A DNA stretch of 64,000 bases from an uncultured Collinsella sp. (GTDB taxonomy: Bacteria; Actinomycetota; Coriobacteriia; Coriobacteriales; Coriobacteriaceae). The notes under the pieces are model-generated. The model worked only from the letters and a program-made list of their open reading frames with translations, did no database searches and had not been told where the DNA came from. The position numbers were made by a program, and so were the translations under genes. Position 1 is the stretch's first letter. Every line of letters starts with the position of its first letter. Location: NCBI GenBank assembly GCA_958433005.1, contig CAUAWV010000007.1, positions 6,071 to 70,070 on the forward strand, read 5' to 3'. Below, one piece after another: positions 54,655 to 64,000 of the stretch.

Positions 54655-55953
54655 TTGAACATCACCGCTTCTGACGTCAAGGACGCCAAGCTCACCGCTA
54701 CGGTCACCATCCCGGCCGCCGACGTCGACGCCGCGATCAAGAAGGCCTACAAGGACACCGCTAAGAAGTACCGCTTCCCGGGCTTCCGTGCCGGTAAGGC
54801 TCCCCGTCCGGTCATCGATTCCGCTCTTGGCGCCGAGGCTACCCTCGCTCAGGCCACCAACGACCTGATCGCCGCCAACGAGCCCGCCGTCCTCAACGAG
54901 CTGGACATCGTCCCCACCAAGAGCGGTGACTACAAGGATCTCGACCTCGCCAAGGATCACGAGGACTACACCTACACCGTCGAGTTCTCCCTGCGTCCTG
55001 CTGCCGAGCTCTCCTCCTTCGACGCCGTCGAGATCGAGATGCCTCCCGCGGAGGTCACCGAGTCCGAGATCAACAACCAGGTCGAGATGCTCCTCAACTA
55101 CCGTGCCACCTTCGAGGACGTCGAGGGTCGCGCCGTCGAGGCTGACGACTATGTGACCGTCGACCTCAAGGCCGTCGAGAACGCCGACAACTTCGCCGCC
55201 GAGGGTCGCATGCTCATCGCCGGTAGCGACAGCAACCCCAAGGAGTTCAACGAGGCTCTGATCGGCGCCAACGTTGACGACGTCAAGACCGTCACCTGGA
55301 CCGACGAGGCCGAGGAGGGCGAGGAGGCCGAGACCCACACCGTCGAGGTCACCGTCAAGGGAATCAAGGTCCGCAACACCCCCGAGCTCACCGACGAGCT
55401 CGTCAAGTCCGACTTTGGCTTCGACAGCATCGAGGCCATGCGCGACGCCATCAAGATCGAGATCGAGCAGGACAAGGCTTCCCGCCTCCCGGCCGAGAAG
55501 GAGAACCGTTGCGTCTCTGCTCTCGCCGAGCGCCTGCAGCTCGACGAGATGGACGCCGACTACGAGCAGTCCGTCTTTGAGGAGCTTGGCCAGAACTTCC
55601 TGTCCAACCTCGCTGCCCGCGGCATGACCCTGGACACCTGGCTGCCCGCTTCCGGTCTGACCATGGAGCAGTTCATCGGCGACCTGCACAAGCAGGCCAA
55701 CGACGTTGCCCGTGAGTCCCTGGCGCTCGACGCCCTCGCCCGTGAGCTCAAGATTGAGGTCACCGAGGACGACATCAACGCCGAGTTCGAGAAGGCCGGC
55801 GTCAAGGACGTCGAGGCTTCCAAGGCCGAGTTCATCGCCGATGGTCGCATGCCTGCCGTCCGTGAGTCCATCCGTCGCTCCAAGGCCGTCGACCACCTGG
55901 TCGAGAACGCCAAGGTGACCGAGGTCGACGAGACCGCCAAGGACGCCGAGTAA
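54655..55953 (+). CDS. tig: Trigger factor.
   Basis: 'ADVDAAIKKAYKDTAKKYRFPGFRAGKAPRPVI' is the trigger-factor 'GFRPGKVP' region. Acidic C-terminus. The start is uncertain: GTG 54652 / TTG 54655 after a GGAGG RBS, while the ORF track starts at 54598. Confidence 0.8.
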   Translation: MNITASDVKDAKLTATVTIPAADVDAAIKKAYKDTAKKYRFPGFRAGKAPRPVIDSALGAEATLAQATNDLIAANEPAVLNELDIVPTKSGDYKDLDLAKDHEDYTYTVEFSLRPAAELSSFDAVEIEMPPAEVTESEINNQVEMLLNYRATFEDVEGRAVEADDYVTVDLKAVENADNFAAEGRMLIAGSDSNPKEFNEALIGANVDDVKTVTWTDEAEEGEEAETHTVEVTVKGIKVRNTPELTDELVKSDFGFDSIEAMRDAIKIEIEQDKASRLPAEKENRCVSALAERLQLDEMDADYEQSVFEELGQNFLSNLAARGMTLDTWLPASGLTMEQFIGDLHKQANDVARESLALDALARELKIEVTEDDINAEFEKAGVKDVEASKAEFIADGRMPAVRESIRRSKAVDHLVENAKVTEVDETAKDAE

Positions 55954-56116
55954 TTCTCGCCACCTTGCCCGCGAGCGCATGCGTGCGCCTGTGATGGGGT
56001 AAAGTTATACACCGGTTATCCGGTTGCTTCGTACGGTGCCAGCCAATGCATAGCATGCGGGCACCGTACGTTTATCTAGAACCAATTTGGTCCGCAAGAG
56101 AGAAATGGAGATGCGT

Positions 56117-56737
56117 ATGATCGCTAAGTTCGATTCCGCCCTCGTGCCATACGTTATCGAGCAGACGCCGCGCGGCGAGCGCAGCTACGATATCTATTCG
56201 CGCCTGCTCAACGACCGCATCATCTTCTTGGGCGAGGAGATCAACTCCGTCAGCGCCAACCTGGTCGTTGCCCAGCTGCTGCATCTTGAGAGCCAGGATG
56301 CCGAGAAGGATATCTCGCTCTACATCAATTCGCCCGGCGGCGAGGTTTACTCCGGCCTGGCGATTCTTGACACCATGAACTTTATCAAGCCGCAGGTCTC
56401 CACCATCTGCGTCGGTATGGCTGCGTCCATGGCCGCCGTGCTGCTTTCGGCTGGCGCCAAGGGCAAGCGCTTCTGCCTGCCGCACTCCAAGGTCATGATT
56501 CACCAGCCCAGCGGCGGTGCCCAGGGCCAGCAGACCGAGATCGAGATCGTTGCCGAGGAGATCAAGAAGACCCGCCGCGAGCTCAATCAGATCCTGTCCG
56601 ATGCCTCGGGCCAGCCCATCGAGAAGGTCCAGGCCGATACCGAGCGCGACAACTACCTGACCGCTGCCGAGGCCCTCGACTACGGCCTGATCGACCGTAT
56701 CGTCACCTCGCGCGATCTCGCCGCGAAGGACGCCTAG
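56117..56737 (+). CDS. clpP: ATP-dependent Clp protease proteolytic subunit.
   Basis: '[24 protein letters not shown]'; catalytic Ser in 'GMAASMAA'; 'HQPSGG'. Alternative in-frame starts at 56087/56105/56111. Confidence 0.9.
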   Translation: MIAKFDSALVPYVIEQTPRGERSYDIYSRLLNDRIIFLGEEINSVSANLVVAQLLHLESQDAEKDISLYINSPGGEVYSGLAILDTMNFIKPQVSTICVGMAASMAAVLLSAGAKGKRFCLPHSKVMIHQPSGGAQGQQTEIEIVAEEIKKTRRELNQILSDASGQPIEKVQADTERDNYLTAAEALDYGLIDRIVTSRDLAAKDA

Positions 56738-56738
56738 G

Positions 56739-58145
56739 ATGGCAGGAAACATGCAGGACAACTTTGACGAGAATGGCAACCCCATCCGCTGCTCCTTCTG
56801 CGGAAAAGAGCAGGGCCAGGTCCGTCGCCTCGTAAAGGGTCCGACCAACATCTTTATCTGTGACGAGTGCGTCGCCGCTTGCTCTGAGATCTTGGAGGAG
56901 TCGCTGGCTTCGGACTTTATGGACGCTGCCCGCAACGGCAAGCTGCCGGGCTTCCTCAACGATCACGGCCAGGCTGCCGGTCAGCCCGCCGTGGACCCCG
57001 AGGCCGAGGGCTTTGAGCTCGAGGACGACCGCCAGGTCATCACGCACGTGCCGACGCCGCACGAGATCTATGACGAGCTTTCGGCTTATGTCATGGGCCA
57101 AGAGGACGCCAAGCGCGCCATGTCGGTTGCCGTGTACAACCATTACCGCCGCGTCATCGAGGGCGGTGCTGCGCTTTCGGCCTTTGACGACGGTTTGGAC
57201 TCGCAGCTTGACGATGACATGGACGAGGTGGAGCTCGCCAAGTCCAACATCCTGCTGCTCGGTCCCACCGGTACCGGCAAGACCCTGTTGGCCCAGACGC
57301 TCGCGCGCATCCTCGAGGTGCCGTTTGCCATCGCCGATGCCACCGCGCTCACCGAGGCTGGTTACGTTGGCGAGGACGTGGAGAACATCCTGCTCAAGCT
57401 CATCAATGCTGCCGATGGCGACATTGAGCGCGCTCAGGTGGGCATTATCTACGTGGACGAGATTGACAAGATTGCCCGCAAGGCCGAGAACCTCTCCATT
57501 ACCCGCGATGTCTCGGGCGAGGGTGTGCAGCAGGCGCTGCTTAAGATTCTTGAGGGCACGGTGGCCAGCGTTCCGCCTACCGGTGGCCGCAAGCATCCCC
57601 AGCAGGAGCTGCTGCAGATCGACACGACTAACATCCTGTTTATCTGCGGCGGTGCCTTTGTGGGTCTGGACAAGATCATCGCCGACCGCGTGGGCAACAA
57701 GGGCGTGGGCTTTAACTCCGAGATCGCCGGCCCCACCTCGGTCGACGAGAACGACCTGCTGCGTCAGGTGCTCCCGCAGGACCTCAACGCCTTTGGCATG
57801 ATCCCCGAGTTCGTGGGCCGTACGCCCGTCGTCACCCAGACGCAGGCGCTCGACGAGGACGACCTGGTGTCGATCCTGACCGAGCCAAAGAATGCCGTGG
57901 TGCGCCAGTACCGTAAGATGTTCCAGCTCGAGGACGTTGAGCTTGAGTTTGAGGCCGCGGCCCTTCACGAGATCGCCCGTATGGCGCTCGCCCGCAAGAC
58001 CGGCGCCCGCGGCCTGCGTTCCATCTGCGAGGACGTGCTTCAGCAGACGATGTTCGACCTCCCCAGCGAGGAGGGTGTCGCCAAGGTCATCGTGACCGAA
58101 GCGGCGGTTAAGGGCGAAGAACAGCCCCAACGCATCTACGGGTAA
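56739..58145 (+). CDS. clpX: ATP-dependent Clp protease ATP-binding subunit ClpX.
   Basis: Zinc finger 'CSFCGKEQ...CDEC'; Walker A 'GPTGTGKT'; 'IYVDEIDKI'. Confidence 0.9.
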   Translation: MAGNMQDNFDENGNPIRCSFCGKEQGQVRRLVKGPTNIFICDECVAACSEILEESLASDFMDAARNGKLPGFLNDHGQAAGQPAVDPEAEGFELEDDRQVITHVPTPHEIYDELSAYVMGQEDAKRAMSVAVYNHYRRVIEGGAALSAFDDGLDSQLDDDMDEVELAKSNILLLGPTGTGKTLLAQTLARILEVPFAIADATALTEAGYVGEDVENILLKLINAADGDIERAQVGIIYVDEIDKIARKAENLSITRDVSGEGVQQALLKILEGTVASVPPTGGRKHPQQELLQIDTTNILFICGGAFVGLDKIIADRVGNKGVGFNSEIAGPTSVDENDLLRQVLPQDLNAFGMIPEFVGRTPVVTQTQALDEDDLVSILTEPKNAVVRQYRKMFQLEDVELEFEAAALHEIARMALARKTGARGLRSICEDVLQQTMFDLPSEEGVAKVIVTEAAVKGEEQPQRIYG

Positions 58146-58167
58146 ACCAGCCAAAAACGTGCTTGCA

Positions 58168-58204
58168 AATAGCCTCCGACCATCCGCGGTCGGAGGCTAT
58201 TTTA
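58168..58204 (+). terminator. Rho-independent terminator after clpX.
   Basis: atagcctccgacc-atccgc-ggtcggaggctat followed by tttat. Confidence 0.7.
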
Positions 58205-58356
58205 TATATACGCAATAACCCCAACTACCTGTGTTATTCTGTGTGTTTGTTTAAGCCTCAGCGAAGTCATATCAGACTGAAGTAATCGATACCTAAGGGG
58301 AGGAATGCAGACCCTAGCGGGCCTACATTCCTCCCCGGCGGGACAGGGAGAGATAT

Positions 58357-61053
58357 ATGGAAGAAATGCCCAAGAACTACGATCCGTCGACCAACGAGCC
58401 GGCGATCCTGCAGAAGTGGCTTGACGGCGGCTACTACAAGCGCCGTGAGGGCGTGGGCGACTGCACCGTCACCATTCCGCCTCCCAACGTGACCGGCAAG
58501 CTCCACATGGGTCACGCTACCGACGACTCCATCCAGGACGCCATCGTCCGTATGGCCCGCATGCGCGGCAAGTCCACGCGCTGGGTGCTGGGCACCGACC
58601 ACGCCGGTATCGCCACGCAGACCAAGGTCGACAAGAAGCTCAAGAGCGAGGGCATCAGTCGCCTGGAGATCGGTCGCGACAAGTTTGTCGACGCCTGCTG
58701 GGACTGGACCCACGAGTACGGCGGCATCATCGTCGAGCAGATCAAGCGCATGGGCTGCTCCGTCGACTTCGACAACGAGCGCTTCACCATGGACGAGGAT
58801 TACGCCCAGGCTGTGCGTAAGGTCTTCTGCGACTGGTACCATGACGGCCTGATCTACCGTGGCAAGCGCATCGTCAACTGGTGCCCCAACTGCACCACCG
58901 CCATCTCGGACGACGAGGCCGAGTATAAGGACGAGAAGGGCCACCTGTGGCACCTGCGCTACCCGCTGACCGAGCCGGTCAATGGCCAGGACTACATCGT
59001 CGTCGCCACCACGCGCCCCGAGACCATGCTCGGCGACACGGGCGTTGCCGTCTCCCCGAAGGACCCCGAGAAGGCCGCCTTTGTGGGCAAGACCGTCATG
59101 CTGCCGATCGTCAACCGCGAGATTCCCATCTTTGAGGATTGGCATGTCGACGCCAACTTTGGCTCCGGCTTCGTCAAGGTCACCCCGGCCCACGACCCCA
59201 ACGACTACGCCATGGGTCAGGCCCACGACCTGCCGCAGATCAACATCTTCGACGAGCACGCGGTGGTCGTCGAGGGCTACGGCGAGTTCACCGGCATGAA
59301 CCGCAACGAGTGCCGCGAGGCCGTCATCAAGTGGTTCGAGGAGCACGACCTGCTCGACCACGTCGAGGAGCATGATCACTCCGTCATGCACTGCTACCGT
59401 TGCGACTCCGCCCTGGAGCCGTGGCTGTCCGAGCAGTGGTTCGTCGCCGTCGACAAGCTCAAGGGGCCGGCACTCGACGCCGTCAACTCCGGCAAGGTCA
59501 CCTTCCACCCCGCGCGCTGGACGCAGACCTACACCACCTGGATGGAGAACCTCAAGGACTGGTGCATCAGCCGCCAGCTTTGGTGGGGCCACCGTATCCC
59601 CGTGTTCTACTGCGAGGACTGCGGCTGGGAGGACGCCCTCACCGAGGACACCGACGTGTGCCCCAAGTGTGGCGGCCATCACGTGCATCAGGACGAGAAC
59701 GTGCTGGACACCTGGTTCAGCTCGCAGCTGTGGACCTTCGCCACGCAGGGCTGGCCGCAAAAGCCGGAGCTGCTCGAGGGGCATCACCCCACGACGGCGC
59801 TGGTCACCGCGCGCGACATCATCGCGCTGTGGGTCGCCCGCATGGTCATGAGCTCGCTGTACTTCCTGGACGAGGTGCCGTTTAAGGACGTCGTCATCTA
59901 CCCGACGATCCTTGCCAAGGACGGCAGCCGCATGTCCAAGTCCAAGGGCAACGGCGTTGACCCCATGGACCTCATCGGTATGTACGGTGCTGACGCCATG
60001 CGTTACAACCTGCTCACGCTGTGCACTAACAACCAGGACGTCAAGTTCGACGCGAACATCGATAAGAAGACCAAGAAGCTCATCGACAGCCCGCGTACCG
60101 ACCAGGCCAAGTCGTTTGTGACCAAGATCTGGAACGCCAGCCGCTTCCTGCTTATGAACATGGAGGGCTACACGCCCGGCGTACCCGTCGTGGAGACGCC
60201 GGCCGACGCCTGGATGTTCAGCCGCCTGGCCAAGGCCGTCCAGATGGTCACCGAGGGTATTGAGAACTACACCTTTGGCGACATGGCTCGCGGCGTGCAG
60301 CAGTTCTTCTGGAACGAGGTCTGCGACTGGTACGTCGAGGTCACCAAGGCCCGCCTGAAGGGCGAGGGCCGTCTGCGGGCTCAGCGCAACCTGATCTTTG
60401 TGCTCGACACCTCCATTCGCCTGATGCACCCGCTCATGCCGTTTGTCACTGAGGAGATCTGGGACAACATGCCGGCGAGCGTGCTCGACCTGGATGCCGA
60501 GGGTAACGTGAATCGCGCCGAGGCGCTCATGATTGCCAAGTGGCCCGAGCCCGCCGACTATGCTAAGTACGTGGATGAGGACGCCGAGCGTGCGTTTGAG
60601 CTGTGCCGCACCGTCGTGTCTGCTGCCCGCGCTACCCGTTCGCGTTACCGCTTGAGCCCCAAGGCCGAGCTCGACGTGGTCGTGCGCGCCGGCTCCGAGG
60701 ACATTGAGAAGCTCGAGAGCCTGCGCTCGACCATCGAGCCGCTGGCGAACACCGCCTCGCTGGTTATGGGTACCGACGTCGAGAAGCCGGCTGCGAGCAT
60801 TGCCGTGGTCGACAGCGGCGTCGAGGTCTTTGTGGTGCTCGAGGGCAAGGTTGACCTTTCGGCCGAGAGGGCGCGCCTGGAGAAGGAGATTGCCGCGGCC
60901 CAGAAGGAGCTTGCCGGCTGCGAGAAGACGCTGGCCAACGAGGGCTTTGTGGCCAAGGCCGCGCCTGCCGTGGTCCAGAAGAAGAGGGACCGTGCAGCTG
61001 AGCTCAAGGAGATCCTGGCGGCGCTGACTGCTCAGGTTGCTGACTTCTCGTAG
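58357..61053 (+). CDS. valS: Valine--tRNA ligase.
   Basis: HIGH region 'PPPNVTGKLHMGHA'; 'KMSKSKGN'; C-terminal coiled-coil; 898 aa. Confidence 0.9.
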   Translation: MEEMPKNYDPSTNEPAILQKWLDGGYYKRREGVGDCTVTIPPPNVTGKLHMGHATDDSIQDAIVRMARMRGKSTRWVLGTDHAGIATQTKVDKKLKSEGISRLEIGRDKFVDACWDWTHEYGGIIVEQIKRMGCSVDFDNERFTMDEDYAQAVRKVFCDWYHDGLIYRGKRIVNWCPNCTTAISDDEAEYKDEKGHLWHLRYPLTEPVNGQDYIVVATTRPETMLGDTGVAVSPKDPEKAAFVGKTVMLPIVNREIPIFEDWHVDANFGSGFVKVTPAHDPNDYAMGQAHDLPQINIFDEHAVVVEGYGEFTGMNRNECREAVIKWFEEHDLLDHVEEHDHSVMHCYRCDSALEPWLSEQWFVAVDKLKGPALDAVNSGKVTFHPARWTQTYTTWMENLKDWCISRQLWWGHRIPVFYCEDCGWEDALTEDTDVCPKCGGHHVHQDENVLDTWFSSQLWTFATQGWPQKPELLEGHHPTTALVTARDIIALWVARMVMSSLYFLDEVPFKDVVIYPTILAKDGSRMSKSKGNGVDPMDLIGMYGADAMRYNLLTLCTNNQDVKFDANIDKKTKKLIDSPRTDQAKSFVTKIWNASRFLLMNMEGYTPGVPVVETPADAWMFSRLAKAVQMVTEGIENYTFGDMARGVQQFFWNEVCDWYVEVTKARLKGEGRLRAQRNLIFVLDTSIRLMHPLMPFVTEEIWDNMPASVLDLDAEGNVNRAEALMIAKWPEPADYAKYVDEDAERAFELCRTVVSAARATRSRYRLSPKAELDVVVRAGSEDIEKLESLRSTIEPLANTASLVMGTDVEKPAASIAVVDSGVEVFVVLEGKVDLSAERARLEKEIAAAQKELAGCEKTLANEGFVAKAAPAVVQKKRDRAAELKEILAALTAQVADFS

Positions 61054-61284
61054 GGCTTACTGAGGGGCGCGTCCCGACGCTTTGCTCGCTACTGCGGACA
61101 CCTATTCCGCCGTTCTAACGAACGGCGGCTGACTCGACGCTGCAAACGCCTCTGATGGCCAATCTTCCGTTCAACTTCGGGCGCATGGGCATAAGCCCTA
61201 TGCGCCCTTGTTTCACGGCACCTTGGCTCATCAGAGGCGTTTTCGCTGACTATCCTCAACCTATACTGTTTTATTTTTCTATGA

Positions 61285-62643
61285 ATGGCGGTTCTAAAAA
61301 TGCCTAAGCGTTCCGGCTTGTATACCGTTCCTTTTGAGTTTGATTTGCTTTCGTTTGATGAGGCTGTTGGGCTGGCTGCTGATACGGGGCGGATTTCTGG
61401 GGATGCTGGGCCTCTGCTTGAGACGGTTGTCGATATGCTCGATGAGTTGGGGCGTCCGGACGAGTACTTTGATTGCATTCAGGTCGCCGGTACCAATGGC
61501 AAGACTTCGACTACGCGTTTTTCGGCTGCCATTCTTCGTGGTGAGGGGCTCAAGACCGCGCTGTATACGTCGCCACAGCTGGTACGCTATCCCGAGCGCA
61601 TGGAAGTCGATGGATGCGTCGTGAGCGATGAGGCATTCGCCCGTGGCGTTTCGGCCGCTGTTGAGGCGGGGCATCGAGTGAATGCCCGTCGTGTGGCGGC
61701 GGGGGAGTGCGCCTATACCATCACGCCGTTTGACCTTTTGACGGCTGCTGCACTTGTGGTGTTTGCCGAGGCTCGCGTGGATGTTGCCGTGCTTGAGGTT
61801 GGCATGGGCGGACGCTGGGATGCTACGAGTGCGACTGATCCCGTGGCCGTCGCCATTACGGGTATTGGGCTCGATCACACACGTATTTTGGGCGATACGC
61901 TCGAGGCCATTGCGGGGGAGAAGGCTGCGGTTATTAAGCCTGGGCGATTGGTTGTTTTGGGCGAGGGCACGCATGAGCCGAGCGTTCAGCGCGTAATGGA
62001 TACGCGCTGCCGCGAGTGCGGTGTGGTGCCGCTGGTTGTGAGCCATTCCACGACCAAGGTACCGGCGCATGTAGGCGATACCGTGGAGTTTAGCTGTACT
62101 ACGCCGCGTGCCATCTATACGTCGAGCATGGTCAAGCCGGCGTATCAGCCGCAGAATGCTGCGTGCGCGATTATGCTGTGCGAGGGCTATCTTGGCCGCG
62201 AGCTCGACCACGATGCGCTCGACGCTTCGCTTATGGGCTGCCCCACGCCGGGTCGCTTTGATGTGCTGGGAACCGATCCGCTCAAGCTGATCGACGCCTG
62301 CCCAAACCCTCCGAGCGGCGAGAACGTTGTGTGCGCGCTGGATGAGATCGATCCGTGCGTGGAGAACCGCCCCACGCTGCTGTGTGCAGCGCTGGCCGAT
62401 AAAGACGTGGCGGGTATCGTTGACGTTCTGGTTCCGGCGTTCCCCCACGCGGTCGTGACCCAGACCGATTCCGATCGCGCCCTGCCGGCAGAGGAGCTCG
62501 CTGCCCTGGTGGGTGCCGATAAGCTCGCGGGCGTATACCCGAGCGTGTCCGAGGCCCTCGCTGCCTTCGATGCCGCGGGCGAGCCCTTCGTAGCCGCCGG
62601 CACCATCACCCTAGCCGGCGAAGTAGCGGGGCTGCTCCGTTAA
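61285..62643 (+). CDS. folC: Bifunctional folylpolyglutamate synthase / dihydrofolate synthase.
   Basis: Mur-ligase P-loop 'IQVAGTNGKTSTTRF'; 'GIGLDHTRILGDTLEAIAGEKAAVIKPG'. Confidence 0.8.
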   Translation: MAVLKMPKRSGLYTVPFEFDLLSFDEAVGLAADTGRISGDAGPLLETVVDMLDELGRPDEYFDCIQVAGTNGKTSTTRFSAAILRGEGLKTALYTSPQLVRYPERMEVDGCVVSDEAFARGVSAAVEAGHRVNARRVAAGECAYTITPFDLLTAAALVVFAEARVDVAVLEVGMGGRWDATSATDPVAVAITGIGLDHTRILGDTLEAIAGEKAAVIKPGRLVVLGEGTHEPSVQRVMDTRCRECGVVPLVVSHSTTKVPAHVGDTVEFSCTTPRAIYTSSMVKPAYQPQNAACAIMLCEGYLGRELDHDALDASLMGCPTPGRFDVLGTDPLKLIDACPNPPSGENVVCALDEIDPCVENRPTLLCAALADKDVAGIVDVLVPAFPHAVVTQTDSDRALPAEELAALVGADKLAGVYPSVSEALAAFDAAGEPFVAAGTITLAGEVAGLLR

Positions 62644-62658
62644 CCCATCCCCTCATCA

Positions 62659-62722
62659 GTTGCGGTGAAATACGGACTGTTTTACAAGCCAGAAGCCTCA
62701 AACAGTCCGTATATCACCGCAA
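62659..62722. repeat. Long inverted repeat (24-bp arms, 1 mismatch, 16-nt loop) between folC and the convergent peptidase gene.
   Basis: GTTGCGGTGAAATACGGACTGTTT ... AAACAGTCCGTATATCACCGCAAC. Confidence 0.7.
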
Positions 62723-62959
62723 CTCAAAAGCAGTCAATTTGGGACGGGGCTTTTTGGCTGCCCTGTGCCCCGAGTTGACTCGCTTGCCACGAAATGGGCC
62801 TATCTACTACGTTTTACCGACTACCCCCGACCACACCGAGAATTGCGAAATGAAAACCGCAGGTAGATGGCTTACCAGTTTTGCGAAAACACGGGTATGG
62901 TCGACCCATGCGGGTTAAACGTAGTAGATGGCCCGTTTTCGTGGCACTGCGTTAACGGG

Positions 62960-62990
62960 ATGTGCCAAAGGGACTGTCCCTTTGGCACAT
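62960..62990. repeat. Perfect 31-nt palindrome ATGTGCCAAAGGGAC-T-GTCCCTTTGGCACAT, the second copy of the element at 5122..5152.
   Basis: Read directly. Differs from copy 1 by a symmetric A/C change (GACAAAGG versus GCCAAAGG). Lies 3 nt downstream of the pepP-like stop. Confidence 0.8.
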
Positions 62991-62993
62991 TGG

Positions 62994-64000
62994 CTAGTCT
63001 AGGCGGACCGGATCGTGGGGGTAGGCGTTGAGAATCTCGACGCCGGACTCGGTAACTAGGGCCAAGTCCTCGATGCGGACGCCGGTGCGGCCGGGGAGGT
63101 AGATGCCCGGTTCGATGGAGAACGTCATGCCCGGCTCCACGACCTGCTCGTTGACGAGCGAGACGTCGCCTGGCTCGTGGTCCTGCAGGCCGATCGAGTG
63201 TCCCAGGCGATGCGTAAAGTACTGCCCATAGCCCGCATCCTCAATCACGTCGCGCGCGGCGCGGTCCAGGTCACACATGCGCACGCCCGGTGCGATGAGC
63301 GCCTCGGCGGCCTCGTTGGCACGGCGCACGATGTCGTAGATGCGCGCCGTCTCCTCGTCCGGCTCGCCCCAAAAGAACGTGCGCGTCATGTCCGAGCAAT
63401 AGTTGCGATGACGCCCGCCGATGTCGAACAGCACCACGTCGCCACGCTTGAGTACGGTGTCGTCGGGCTCGTGGTGCGGGTCGCCGGCGTTGGCGCCAAA
63501 GCTCACGATCGGCGGAAAACTAAAGCTCTCGCAGCCATGCTTGCGATACAGGCCGAGCATCTGGTCGGCAATCTCGCGTTCCGTCACGCCTTCGTGGGCG
63601 AGCTTGATCGCGTCGGCCATCACGGCGTCGTTGGCTGCGGAGGACATGCGCATGAGCTCCTGCTCGGCGGCGTCTTTGTAGGTTCGCGCGGCGGTCACGG
63701 CAAAATCTCCCAGGAAAAACTCGCTGGCGGCATGGCGCTCCATGAGCGGCATCAAAAAGCCGGAGCGCATGACGGTATCGATGCCAAGCGGTTTGGTCGG
63801 ATCGATCTCGCGCGCGATGGCGTCGGCCACGACATCGGTATCGATGTGGTAGGCAACGCGGGCATTGTCATACTCTGGCAGCTGGTGCAGGGCGTTGACT
63901 AGGATCACCGGCTCGGCACCGCGCGCGAGCAGCACGCCACAAAAACGTTCGAACATATCGGCATAAAAGCCGGTCAGGTAATAGATCGACCACGGGTCGT
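62994..64000 (-). CDS. pepP: M24-family Xaa-Pro aminopeptidase (PepP/PepQ-like), partial. The N-terminus lies beyond the window end.
   Basis: Metal-ligand motifs 'VLFDIGG', 'HRLGHSIGLQDHE', 'EPGMTFSIEPGIY', 'RIEDLALVTE'. The reading frame stays open to position 64000 ('...DPWSIYYLTGFYADMFERF'), so the gene is truncated by the window. Confidence 0.8.
   Translation of the reverse strand, partial: DPWSIYYLTGFYADMFERFCGVLLARGAEPVILVNALHQLPEYDNARVAYHIDTDVVADAIAREIDPTKPLGIDTVMRSGFLMPLMERHAASEFFLGDFAVTAARTYKDAAEQELMRMSSAANDAVMADAIKLAHEGVTEREIADQMLGLYRKHGCESFSFPPIVSFGANAGDPHHEPDDTVLKRGDVVLFDIGGRHRNYCSDMTRTFFWGEPDEETARIYDIVRRANEAAEALIAPGVRMCDLDRAARDVIEDAGYGQYFTHRLGHSIGLQDHEPGDVSLVNEQVVEPGMTFSIEPGIYLPGRTGVRIEDLALVTESGVEILNAYPHDPVRLD

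Noticed and set aside
58270-58356. Possible T-box leader upstream of valS
   Set aside because: An 11-bp hairpin (GGGGAGGAATG...CATTCCTCCCC) is present. However, the region is under 200 nt and lacks the conserved T-box sequence (AGGGUGGNACCGCG) and a specifier-loop architecture.

Overview
This is a high-GC (about 65%) chromosomal segment from a Gram-positive actinobacterium. The Coriobacteriia/Eggerthellaceae-like assignment is inferred from gene content and is not verified. Coding is dense and mostly on the + strand. In order, the window contains: a molybdate ABC transporter (modB, modC); an orphan 2-hydroxyacyl-CoA-dehydratase-like pair (HgdA/HgdB family) with its ATP-dependent activase, followed by a GT4 glycosyltransferase; a selenium-handling cluster of selD (itself a UGA/Sec selenoprotein), yedF, a DUF3343 protein and a class-V cysteine desulfurase/selenocysteine-lyase-like gene; a 4285-aa cell-wall-anchored giant surface protein (signal peptide, two duplicated LRR modules, about 19 Listeria-Bacteroides repeats, three about 450-aa tandem repeats, Pro/Asp linkers, LAxTG sorting signal); brnQ; tRNA-Pro and tRNA-Gly; a PIN-toxin/RelB-DinJ-antitoxin pair on the - strand next to an AT-rich patch; and a complete formate hydrogenlyase-2 (hydrogenase-4-type) locus. 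That locus runs HycB-like FeS protein, selenocysteine-containing fdhF (in-frame UGA), hyfABCDEFGHI, hycH/hyfJ, hycI, focA. It is followed by an orphan molybdopterin oxidoreductase, then selA, selB and a tRNA-Sec (selC) candidate that the ORF track cannot show. Next come mobA, a Cys-rich DUF3343 fusion, gdhA, a two-subunit xanthine-dehydrogenase-family molybdenum hydroxylase, tRNA-Leu, tig, clpP, clpX, valS, folC and a partial M24 Xaa-Pro aminopeptidase on the - strand. No CRISPR array, rRNA, transposase or integrase was seen. Many long antisense ORFs in the track are GC-driven artefacts opposite real genes.
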